From the NCBI GenBank assembly GCA_965218695.1, contig OZ244651.1:1536001-1600000 (forward strand): DNA of 64,000 bases, in the 5' to 3' direction. The position numbers and the translations under genes are program-made. The DNA is from Nitrosopumilus sp. GTDB taxonomy: Archaea > Thermoproteota > Nitrososphaeria > Nitrososphaerales > Nitrosopumilaceae. The notes beneath the pieces are model-generated. The model saw only the letters and a list, made by a program, of their open reading frames with translations, did no database searches and was not told the DNA's origin. Each line of letters starts with the position of its first letter. The stretch's first letter is position 1. Shown in pieces: positions 31,258 through 40,324 of the stretch.

Positions 31258-32922
31258 CTATTCCATATCGGACTCTTCAGAGGTATCGTTGACCAGATCC
31301 GGCTGAGGCCGCTGGTCTTCTTCTCGTTTGATTATCCTCTTCTCGATCTCCTTGCTCAGTAGTTTGGAACGCTTCGTTAGGAAAGTGTCATATTTGTCGG
31401 ACTCGACGCCAAACTTGTCAAGATCCCCTATCAGATGTGTTTTCATGGTGCTGGCAATATGGGGGTTTTTTTCCTTGAATTCGGCCATGTAGTCGGAGGG
31501 CGCACGGTCCCGTATACTTCTCTTGTTTAGGAAGTCATCCACGATGGTGATGTTAAGAACGTGATTGATTTTTTCGTCTTCCATATCCATCTTCTTCAGG
31601 TACGCCTTGGGGAAGAAGTGGTGGTAGTTCTTGCTGTTTGCCTGTTTGAGCCATGTGTTGTCGATGTTGACTAGGCTGTTGTTATCGAAGGATTTTGGTT
31701 GGTTGTACGCGTATATGCAGAGAATTGCTTTGATGTAGCTCCTTCCGACACTGAAGCGTCCATTTCGGTGGATAAAGTCTACCGAGGTATCTATTGGCCA
31801 GTCGTACGTTGGAAGCTCGCCGTCCAGTATCCTATCTACGTGTTTCACGTCCTGCGCAAGCTTGGTTTCAACGCCAGAGGAGTACCTTGCGGACAGCGAG
31901 ACCCTCCAGAAAAAATCGTCCAAATATCTTTGCTTGTCCCCATATGGCCTGCCTTCGTGTTTGAAAAAGAAATACGCGAGCGGTACAATCAGAGTCTTGT
32001 ATGGTAACATGTTTGATACGGGTATTCTGTAGTAGTCCTTGAGATAGTCTACGGCTTCCTTGATTGCCTCCATTATTCTGTCCCAAATGTCGATGATTCT
32101 CTCTTTCGCCAGTGACAGAATGATTTTTTTCTTGCATTCGCCTTCAAGCGCGAGTGAAATGGTCTGCAGGATTGACATATCATATAGCGTCTCATATCCC
32201 ACGTTGTCAAGCTCTTCGATCAACGCCCTGAATTTTTCAGACAAGTCAAAGTCGCTCTTAAGATCGTATGTCTTAGCCACCATTATCTCGAAGGTGGAAA
32301 GACGCGTCCCACCCTCGTTCATGCGGGTAAAGATTTCAGTTGCGATGTGTATCGGCGCATCGTTTACCTCTATTACAGAGAAGTTGTAGGCCTTCAACGT
32401 GTTCGAGTATTCCTTCAGTTTCCCATGGTATTTGGGGTCATATTTCATGAGATCGGCAAAGTTACCGTCGTACAGTGTTTTCAGGTCAATAACGGAATGT
32501 TGCCCGGCCTTGTCGTTTTTTACCATTATGATCGGCCCACCATCCTCCGCCTCAAGGTCCACCACGATGCGGCCAAAATCTTCCTTCTTGCCGTCACCGC
32601 GCGGGATCGTTTCACCCATTAGAGCCGCAATCAGACTCGTTATTCTCTGTTGTCCGTCAAGCACGAAATGTACGTAGTCGCCCTCCGGCGGGTCTGGAAG
32701 ATTCATGCTGCCGACATTCCTGACGGAACGCAGTCTTTCCTTTGTCTTCCAAATGATGAATGTGCCTACTGGGTATCCCTTAATTATGCTGTCAAGGAGG
32801 CTTGCGGACTTGTTGAGATTCCAAACGAAATCGCGTTGAAACTGGGGTATCTTGATTTTTCCGCTGGTAACTTTGTACATTAAATCTGACAGAGATTCGG
32901 TCGTCGGTTTGGGTAGTTCCAT
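31258..32922 (-). CDS. DUF262 (GmrSD-like) protein with C-terminal HNH/DUF1524-like domain; putative modification-dependent restriction nuclease
   Basis: IPQFQRDFVW, LDSIIKGYPVG, LDGQQRITS, IFTRMNEGGTRL, HHFFPK...N...N; start placed at MELPKP. Confidence 0.85.
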   Translation of the reverse strand: MELPKPTTESLSDLMYKVTSGKIKIPQFQRDFVWNLNKSASLLDSIIKGYPVGTFIIWKTKERLRSVRNVGSMNLPDPPEGDYVHFVLDGQQRITSLIAALMGETIPRGDGKKEDFGRIVVDLEAEDGGPIIMVKNDKAGQHSVIDLKTLYDGNFADLMKYDPKYHGKLKEYSNTLKAYNFSVIEVNDAPIHIATEIFTRMNEGGTRLSTFEIMVAKTYDLKSDFDLSEKFRALIEELDNVGYETLYDMSILQTISLALEGECKKKIILSLAKERIIDIWDRIMEAIKEAVDYLKDYYRIPVSNMLPYKTLIVPLAYFFFKHEGRPYGDKQRYLDDFFWRVSLSARYSSGVETKLAQDVKHVDRILDGELPTYDWPIDTSVDFIHRNGRFSVGRSYIKAILCIYAYNQPKSFDNNSLVNIDNTWLKQANSKNYHHFFPKAYLKKMDMEDEKINHVLNITIVDDFLNKRSIRDRAPSDYMAEFKEKNPHIASTMKTHLIGDLDKFGVESDKYDTFLTKRSKLLSKEIEKRIIKREEDQRPQPDLVNDTSEESDME

Positions 32923-33091
32923 TACCGAGGTCGATCCAGTACTCTGATAAACGTTTCCGCCAGGAGGGAATCTGAATTGACCGATTCCGATGATACATCT
33001 GCCTTGCGCAACCGGCAGGCTCAAACACCGCCCCCGGATACAGGCACGTAGCATTAGACATACTTTTAACCACATCCGACACCACCCAATC

Positions 33092-36000
33092 ATGACACTC
33101 ACAACATCCAGTTTTGGTGATGTTGTGAAACATTTGGAACGCGTTGCCAAGGGGGACGGCAAAACCGAGGGTGATCTCTTTGAAGCATTGATGAGATCCT
33201 TCCTCAAGACAGACGAACTCTACCGCGACCGGTTCCGCAACGTGTGGCTGTGGATGGAATATCCTGAAAGGAACGGAAGGGGTGATTTTGGCGTCGATAT
33301 TGTGGCAGAGGAGCAGGACGGGGGATTGTGCGCCATACAGTGCAAATTTTACCCCCACACGAAGCTGACCAAGTCGCACATAGACAGTTTCCTTGAGGCA
33401 GGCAGCAGGGACGAGTTCGATTCCATGCTGCTCATATATTCCGGCGACGGGTACGGGGCCAAGGTCGAAGACGCGCTGAAGGGGCACGGCTGCCGGATTC
33501 TTGACTTCATGGCGCTTGCAGGAAGCAACATGGACTGGCCGAACTTGGCCAAGGGGCTTACGGAAGTCAGGCAGAAGCCCAAATACGGCCTGCGGGACGA
33601 TCAAAAAGACGCGGTAAGGGACGTGAAACGCGGACTTGAAAGTACTGACAGGGGACGAATGATAATGGCATGCGGCACGGGCAAGACGCTGGTTTCGTTA
33701 AGGCTCGCAGAGGACATGATCGGCAAGGGCGGACTGGTACTGTATGCCGTCCCGTCCATATCATTGATGCACCAGGCGATACGGTACTGGTCAGAACAGA
33801 AGAGAATCCCGCACAGCTACGTGGGCGTGTGTTCTGACCCAAAAGTTAGCCACAGAACCGGGCGCGAAGATACCCCCGACATTTCGATCTCCGAGATGGA
33901 AATCAGGGTCACGACGGATCCGGACAAGATTGCCAAAAGCCTGAAGAAGACGGCTGGAAAACTGACCGTGGTTTTTTCGACATACCAGAGCATGAAGGCA
34001 ATCGTCAAGGCGCAGGAAAAGGCAGGCACGGCATTTGACCTGATACTGTGTGATGAGGCGCACCGCACGGCGGGCATAGAGCAGGGAAGCATGGAAGACA
34101 TGTCGCCATTCATGCTGGTGCACGACGAGGTGGATACCAAAAAGCGACTCTACATGACTGCGACGCCGAAAATATACGGGAGCGCGGTAAGGACGAAGGT
34201 TGCAAGGAACGATGCAAGGCCGTACTCCATGGACGACGAATCCAAGTTCGGTCCCTTGCTTTACGAAATGGGGTTCGCCGCCGCCATAGACCGAGGACTG
34301 CTCTCGGACTACAAGGTGGTGGTCTTGGGCGTGGACGAGCGGTACGGCGGACGCGCGTTGCAAAACATGATAAACACCACCACCGAGTCAGGCGACATCA
34401 ACCTGACAGACGCAGCGCGGATGCTCGGGCTGTACCGCATCCTGAACGAGCCCGACCAAGACATCGACATGCCCCCACTCCAAACGGCCATCGTATACAC
34501 CAACCGGGTACGGGATTCCAAATCGTTTGCCAACACGTTTGACAAACTGGCAATGCAGGTAAGCGACGAAGGCGGGTTGCGCTGTAGCGCGACGCACGTG
34601 GATGGCACGCAGAACGCGTCTGTCCGCGCGTCCGCACTGCAGCATCTGCGCGACAGCGCAAGCGACCCCGGAGAATGCAGGATACTCTCAAACGCCAAAT
34701 GCCTGTCAGAAGGCGTCGACGTTCCGACGCTTGACGCAGTCTGTTTCATGAACCCGAAATCGTCAAAGGTCGGGATAGTCCAGGCAGTCGGCCGGGTCAT
34801 GAGGAAAGTAGATGGCAAGGATTACGGCTACGTCATACTGCCCATCGGAATTCCCCCCAACGAGAAAGCGGAGACCATCTTGGACAACCACAACGTCTTT
34901 GACATGGTGTGGAACGTGCTGAATGCCATGAGGTCGCATGACGCCAACATGGACGTCGAGGTAAACACGGCAGATCTCAGGAAAAAGATGATAGACAAGG
35001 TAAAGGTGTTCGGCGTTGACCGCGAAGGTAAAATTCGAAAGGCGGGGGATGATCCAAAAACGTACCCACTAGGTGAACTTGACGTTGATGCGGATGCCCT
35101 GTATGCCAAGATAGTCGAAGAAGTCGGCGACCGGCGCTACCTGGAATACTGGGCAAAGGATGTGGCAACAGTGGTGGCGCGACTACAGGAGCGCATAGGC
35201 CTTGCAATAACCAACAATACGGCCAGGAAGAAATTCGACCTGTTCATGAAGGGCTTGCGCGACATCATAAACGACAGCATCACGGAATCCGACGGTATCG
35301 ACATGCTTGCGCAGCACATGGTAACGCGCCGCATATTCGACGCACTATTTGGCTCGGACGACTTTACCAAGCAGAACCCGATGTCCGCCGTGCTTGATGA
35401 CACCGTGGGAGAACTGCAAAGGCATGGCCTGGAATCCGAGATGAAGGACATTGAGGGGTTTTATGCCAGCATCGAGAACCGTGTCGCAGGACTGGACACC
35501 CATGACGCTAGGCAGCCGGTAATCGCGGAATTGTATGGAAAGTTCTTCAAGAAGGCATTCCCAAAGATGGCCGACAGGTTGGGTATCGTCTACACGCCCC
35601 CGGAGATAGTGGACTTTATCCTGCGCTCAGTCGATCATGTGTTACGGGAGAACTTCGGGCGCGGCCTGACAGACAAGAATATCAACATCATAGATCCATT
35701 TACTGGTGCCGGAACGTTTCTGGCACGGCTGATGTCGCCTGAACTTGGTCTCATACAGGATCGGGACATCAAGCGGAAATACAAGAGCGAGATGTATGCA
35801 AATGAAATTGTACTGCTGGCATATTATATCGCAGCAGTCAACTGTGAATCCGCATATGGATACAAGACAGGTTCTTTCAAGCCTTTTTCTGGCGTTTCCC
35901 TCACAGACACATTCAATCCGGGAAACATGGACGAGTATGCCGGGGATGTCATGACAGGCCCAAAGGAAAGAATCAGGAGACAGCGCGAATCCCCCATAAC

Positions 36001-38122
36001 GGTAATCATGGCGAATCCCCCATACTCTGTAGGTCAGGGAAACGCCAACAAAGACAACAGGAATACGTCACACCCAATGTTGGAAGGAAGATTAAGAGAG
36101 ACGTATGTCAAACGAGCCCCCAAGGGCAACAAGGTATCTTTGTATAATTCCTACATCAAGGCATTCAGATGGGCATCTGACAGGATTGGAGAATCCGGTG
36201 TGATAGGGTTTGTAACACCGGCTTCATTTATCACCGGAAACGCGGAAGCCGGTGTCCGTGCTTGTTTGTATGGAGAGTTCACAGACATATGGTGCTTCAA
36301 TCTGCGGGGAGATGTAAAGAACAAAGATACATGGAAGAAGGAGGGCGGCAAGATATTTGGGAGTGGTTCCAAAGAACCCATCGGCATTACCATTTTGGTT
36401 AAGAATCCCACCAAGCGCGGTTGTACCATACACTACAAACAGGTGGATGATTATCTTACCCAAGGGGAAAAACTGGATGTTGTCCGGAACGTGGGTTCCA
36501 TTATGGGTATTGAAGGCTGGGAGGATGTATTTCCAGACAAGCACCATTATTGGATAAACCAGCCCGGATTGGCAGGCGAAGAGTTTGAAAGACACATGTG
36601 TATGGGTAGTAAGGAAGTGAAACGCGGAAAGAGTGTTGAAGCGATGTTTGGTACATATTCACGAGGAGCTGCGACATCACGTGATGATTGGGTATACAAC
36701 ACATCTGAAAACGAATTAGAAGTAAATATGAGACGACATATTGATTATTGCAATTCTCAGGATCCGGATAATTTTATAATAAACCCAAAACAGGCGAAGA
36801 GTAACACTTCTTTGACAGAACGTATGAAACGACTCAAAAATATTATGTTTGATAAACATCAAATACGCACATCATTATATCGACCGTTTTTCAAACAGTG
36901 GTTGTATTTTGACAATACTTTTGTGGAGTCTAAATATCGAATCCCGTCATTCTTCCCTTCTAACACATCCAAGAATCTGGCCATCATGATTCCTGACAAG
37001 ATCAAGGGCAAATTTTCCACATTCATGACAAACACCACCCCCGATCTACACATCCATGAGGCATCTCAATGCTTTCCCATTAAGGCAAAGAGTGATATTG
37101 GCAAAAAACTAACGCCTTTTGTCACCACCCGTAACCCACTCAGAACCCACTCAGAACCCACTCAGAACCCACTCAGAACCCACTCAGAACCCACTCAGAA
37201 CCCACTCAGAACCCACTCAGAACCCACTCAGAACCCACTCAGAACCCACTCAGAACCCACTCAGAACCCACTCAGAACCCACTCAGAACCCACTCAGAAC
37301 CCACTCAGAACCCACTCAGAACCCACTCAGAACCCACTCAGAACCCACTCAGAACCCACTCAGAACCCACTCAGAACCCACTCAGAACCCACTCAGAACC
37401 CACTCAGAACCCACTCAGAACCCACTCAGAACCCACTCAGAACCCACTCAGAACCCACTCAGAACCCACTCAGAACCCACTCAGAACCCACTCAGAACCC
37501 ACTCAGAACCCACTCAGAACCCACTCAGAACCCACTCAGAACCCACTCAGAACCCACTCAGAACCCACTCAGAACCCACTCAGAACCCACTCAGAACCCA
37601 CTCAGAACCCACTCAGAACCCACTCAGAACCCACTCAGAACCCACTCAGAACCCACTCAGAACCCACTCAGAACCCACTCAGAACCCACTCAGAACCCAC
37701 TCAGAACCCACTCAGAACCCACTCAGAACCCACTCAGAACCCACTCAGAACCCACTCAGAACCCACTCAGAACCCACTCAGAACCCACTCAGAACCCACT
37801 CAGAACCCACTCAGAACCCACTCAGAACCCACTCAGAACCCACTCAGAACCCACTCAGAACCCACTCAGAACCCACTCAGAACCCACTCAGAACCCACTC
37901 AGAACCCACTCAGAACCCACTCAGAACCCACTCAGAACCCACTCAGAACCCACTCAGAACCCACTCAGAACCCACTCAGAACCCACTCAGAACCCACTCA
38001 GAACCCACTCAGAACCCACTCAGAACCCACTCAGAACCCACTCAGAACCCACTCAGAACCCACTCAGAACCCACTCAGAACCCACTCAGAACCCACTCAG
38101 AACCCACTCAACCCGACAATAA
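33092..38122 (+). CDS. Type ISP (LlaGI/LlaBIII-like) restriction-modification enzyme, ending out of frame after a tandem repeat
   Basis: Mrr-like D..QCK nuclease, MACGTGKT, DEAH, TATP, QAVGRVMR helicase, DPFTGAG and NPPY N6-adenine MTase, TRD; start placed at MTLTTSSF. Confidence 0.92.
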   Translation: MTLTTSSFGDVVKHLERVAKGDGKTEGDLFEALMRSFLKTDELYRDRFRNVWLWMEYPERNGRGDFGVDIVAEEQDGGLCAIQCKFYPHTKLTKSHIDSFLEAGSRDEFDSMLLIYSGDGYGAKVEDALKGHGCRILDFMALAGSNMDWPNLAKGLTEVRQKPKYGLRDDQKDAVRDVKRGLESTDRGRMIMACGTGKTLVSLRLAEDMIGKGGLVLYAVPSISLMHQAIRYWSEQKRIPHSYVGVCSDPKVSHRTGREDTPDISISEMEIRVTTDPDKIAKSLKKTAGKLTVVFSTYQSMKAIVKAQEKAGTAFDLILCDEAHRTAGIEQGSMEDMSPFMLVHDEVDTKKRLYMTATPKIYGSAVRTKVARNDARPYSMDDESKFGPLLYEMGFAAAIDRGLLSDYKVVVLGVDERYGGRALQNMINTTTESGDINLTDAARMLGLYRILNEPDQDIDMPPLQTAIVYTNRVRDSKSFANTFDKLAMQVSDEGGLRCSATHVDGTQNASVRASALQHLRDSASDPGECRILSNAKCLSEGVDVPTLDAVCFMNPKSSKVGIVQAVGRVMRKVDGKDYGYVILPIGIPPNEKAETILDNHNVFDMVWNVLNAMRSHDANMDVEVNTADLRKKMIDKVKVFGVDREGKIRKAGDDPKTYPLGELDVDADALYAKIVEEVGDRRYLEYWAKDVATVVARLQERIGLAITNNTARKKFDLFMKGLRDIINDSITESDGIDMLAQHMVTRRIFDALFGSDDFTKQNPMSAVLDDTVGELQRHGLESEMKDIEGFYASIENRVAGLDTHDARQPVIAELYGKFFKKAFPKMADRLGIVYTPPEIVDFILRSVDHVLRENFGRGLTDKNINIIDPFTGAGTFLARLMSPELGLIQDRDIKRKYKSEMYANEIVLLAYYIAAVNCESAYGYKTGSFKPFSGVSLTDTFNPGNMDEYAGDVMTGPKERIRRQRESPITVIMANPPYSVGQGNANKDNRNTSHPMLEGRLRETYVKRAPKGNKVSLYNSYIKAFRWASDRIGESGVIGFVTPASFITGNAEAGVRACLYGEFTDIWCFNLRGDVKNKDTWKKEGGKIFGSGSKEPIGITILVKNPTKRGCTIHYKQVDDYLTQGEKLDVVRNVGSIMGIEGWEDVFPDKHHYWINQPGLAGEEFERHMCMGSKEVKRGKSVEAMFGTYSRGAATSRDDWVYNTSENELEVNMRRHIDYCNSQDPDNFIINPKQAKSNTSLTERMKRLKNIMFDKHQIRTSLYRPFFKQWLYFDNTFVESKYRIPSFFPSNTSKNLAIMIPDKIKGKFSTFMTNTTPDLHIHEASQCFPIKAKSDIGKKLTPFVTTRNPLRTHSEPTQNPLRTHSEPTQNPLRTHSEPTQNPLRTHSEPTQNPLRTHSEPTQNPLRTHSEPTQNPLRTHSEPTQNPLRTHSEPTQNPLRTHSEPTQNPLRTHSEPTQNPLRTHSEPTQNPLRTHSEPTQNPLRTHSEPTQNPLRTHSEPTQNPLRTHSEPTQNPLRTHSEPTQNPLRTHSEPTQNPLRTHSEPTQNPLRTHSEPTQNPLRTHSEPTQNPLRTHSEPTQNPLRTHSEPTQNPLRTHSEPTQNPLRTHSEPTQNPLRTHSEPTQNPLRTHSEPTQNPLRTHSEPTQNPLRTHSEPTQNPLRTHSEPTQNPLRTHSTRQ
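37133..38110 (+). repeat. Perfect 11-bp tandem repeat (AACCCACTCAG) x88 plus a 10-bp partial unit
   Basis: 978 bp, no deviations seen; stop-free on + strand, encodes (NPLRTHSEPTQ)n in all three frames. Confidence 0.97.
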
Positions 38123-38232
38123 TAGTACCCGACAAGATCAAGGGCGAGTTTTCGGTATTCATAACGAACGTGACGCCGGATTTGGAAGCGGTGCATCACG
38201 GCCAATGCTTTCCGATGAGGGTGATGGAATGA
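38110..38232 (+). other. Second, diverged copy of a Type ISP target-recognition segment, currently out of frame
   Basis: NPTIIVPDKIKGEFSVFITNVTPDLEAVHHGQCFPMRVME* versus NLAIMIPDKIKGKFSTFMTNTTPDLHIHEASQCFPIK at 36974-37084. Confidence 0.9.
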
Positions 38233-38912
38233 AGGATAACATCACGGATTGGGCATTGCAACAGTATCAGACGGCGTACAAGGACAACACCATCACGAAG
38301 GAAGACATATTCTACTACACGTATGGCATTTTGCACCACACCGGATATCGTGGCAAGTACCAAATTGTCTTGGTGCGCGGCCTTCCGCGCATCCCGATGG
38401 CTCCTGATTTTTGGGCATTCAGTGATGCCGGAAAGAGGCTTGCAGATCTGCACTTGGGGTATGAGACGTGTCCAAGGTATGATTTGGGCCAGCCGCTCAA
38501 CAAAATACCGGACGGTCCACGTGCCATAAAATTTGGAAGAAAGCCGGATCCTGATAATGTCGCCAAGACCATTGACGACGAATCCGTGCTTTTCATAAAC
38601 GGTATCAAGGTGTATGACAACATTCCGGCGATATCATACAAGGTAAACGGACGCACGCCGATAGGGTGGTTTGAAGACAGGTACAAGTTTTCCACGCACA
38701 AAGAGAGCGGCATCACGAATTATCCTCTGGAAGACGTAAGTGGTGATGATATACGCGGGATAATAGAACGCCTTGTCCATGTTGGTGTGGAGTCAGACAA
38801 AATTATGGTCGGACTGGCAAAAAAAGAGTTTGAGTCCGGCAAGGATTGGCAGCCTGCAAAGACCGGGATGGACGCGCATATGCAGTCTGGGGCGTTTCAG
38901 AGCACGTTGTAA
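38229..38912 (+). CDS. Type ISP C-terminal domain as a separate ORF
   Basis: MKDNITDWAL..ITKEDIFYYTYGILH..YR..Y...LPRIP..G..LADLHL.YE; GAGGGTGA Shine-Dalgarno-like motif at 38217-38224 and ATGA overlap. Confidence 0.8.
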   Translation: MKDNITDWALQQYQTAYKDNTITKEDIFYYTYGILHHTGYRGKYQIVLVRGLPRIPMAPDFWAFSDAGKRLADLHLGYETCPRYDLGQPLNKIPDGPRAIKFGRKPDPDNVAKTIDDESVLFINGIKVYDNIPAISYKVNGRTPIGWFEDRYKFSTHKESGITNYPLEDVSGDDIRGIIERLVHVGVESDKIMVGLAKKEFESGKDWQPAKTGMDAHMQSGAFQSTL

Positions 38913-39019
38913 GTACGTCATAACCACGCAAACTGGCAGTAATTCATCTAATTTACTGATAAATCTTAATTTGACTTACACGAGTAGCCATATATACCAC
39001 AAAAGCAATTTCGTCGATA

Positions 39020-39697
39020 TTGGCTCAACAAAAATGGACAATTCCAACAGACATGTTAATAGATGGCTCTCTACATTGTGTAAAAAATGCAAAACGGTTG
39101 TCGGAAGACGCGAAATCACTGTTTGAATCTAAGCGCTATTCGTCGTGTCTATCGTTAGCAGTATTGGCATTAGAAGAATTAGGAAAATCGTTCATGCTGC
39201 TAGATGCATACGTGAAAAAACAGGAAGTAGAATCGAGGGATTGGTTTAAAAAATTTAGTTCACATCGAGAAAAATTAGAATTTTTAAGCGATTATCTCAG
39301 AACAAACTCTAATGACGAATCTCATAAAAACTCACTCGATAAAATGACCAATCTTATGAGAGCATTGTTAGAGAAAAAAATGGATTCGTTGTATGTCGAC
39401 TGGAACGGCACCCGAGGGGGATGGCGTTACTTTGATGAGCATGAAGGCGATAAGCAAAGAATTGCAAAAGAGGCTTTAACAGCATGCAAAGTGCTTATAG
39501 ACACCGTGTCCAAAAGCCTTGGTGACAGCGGTTTAAAGCTTCCTAACGAAATTGCAGAATCATTACGAAATGGTAAGGCCTATGGTTTTTGCGAAGAATG
39601 TGGCTTGTGTATGCTAACAGCGACAGATGTTAGAATCCACAGCATACAAACTGCCCACTACAGAATGTCATGGTATTCTGTGCCAGAAAAATCATAA
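39020..39697 (+). CDS. AbiV-family (HEPN) abortive-infection protein
   Basis: NAKRLSEDAKSL...SLAVLALEELGK, FSSHREKL, SLYVDW; AT-rich. Confidence 0.8.
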   Translation: MAQQKWTIPTDMLIDGSLHCVKNAKRLSEDAKSLFESKRYSSCLSLAVLALEELGKSFMLLDAYVKKQEVESRDWFKKFSSHREKLEFLSDYLRTNSNDESHKNSLDKMTNLMRALLEKKMDSLYVDWNGTRGGWRYFDEHEGDKQRIAKEALTACKVLIDTVSKSLGDSGLKLPNEIAESLRNGKAYGFCEECGLCMLTATDVRIHSIQTAHYRMSWYSVPEKS

Positions 39698-39871
39698 ACT
39701 GTTTGAGTTCATGGATTTATTCTTACGGGGCTTGTTCCAGTACGGACTCTTACATTTGGGACAGATGGTCGGAAGCAAAACCGAGTCCGGATCCGACTGG
39801 TTTATCGACTTCGGGCACCACTTGTGGCCACACCTTTCACATTCGAAGCCGGTTATTTTTATTATCGCCAT
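39692..39871 (-). CDS. Small zinc-ribbon protein divergent from the transposase
   Basis: MAIIKITGFECERCGHKW...PTICPKCKSPYWNKPRK. Confidence 0.75.
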   Translation of the reverse strand: MAIIKITGFECERCGHKWCPKSINQSDPDSVLLPTICPKCKSPYWNKPRKNKSMNSNSL

Positions 39872-40324
39872 GTCGCGTTCGAAACCAAGGAATGGGATGC
39901 ATAAAAGCCCTAAAATCAGGTAAATGTTATGTTTATATGCTTCAAAACCTATACTTATGACGTAAAAAATGCCCATAAATTCAAGAAATGAAAAAGCGAT
40001 GCAAATTCTTTCAAAAATAAACGAAATTAAAAAAATTACAAACAACAGGTTCAGCGTGAAATCCCAAACCACGACGTCGTCGTACATCGTGGAAAAACTG
40101 CAAGAAGCAAACGTGTGGACGTGCGAGTGCAGGGACTTCATGGCCGGACTCGTGAGGCGTCAAGACAAACGATGCAAGCACATCCTGGCCTGTCAAAAGC
40201 TTCAAGATTCGATACGGGCGGAACACGGGATTGAAAGAGTCGAGCTCCCGAAAATCTGCCCGAGGTGCCAGTCCAGCACCATAACCAGGCACGGCCTGAG
40301 AAAACTCAAAAACGGTTCAAAAAG

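Noticed and set aside
32990-33207. Overlapping N-terminal extensions of the DUF262 and Type ISP ORFs
   Set aside because: Longest-ORF artefacts; ATG starts at 32922 (-) and 33092 (+) remove the overlap
37133-38110. Possible CRISPR array or telomere-like tract
   Set aside because: Head-to-tail identical 11-mers with no spacers, no cas genes, and an internal position within a gene
36974-38232. Duplicated TRD segments as a diversity-generating retroelement TR/VR pair
   Set aside because: Differences are not confined to adenines and include many silent changes; no reverse transcriptase in the window
37119-38912. 597-aa ORF as a real gene starting at 37119
   Set aside because: Starts at a TTG inside the Type ISP gene and is long only because the repeat is stop-free; the meaningful part starts at 38229
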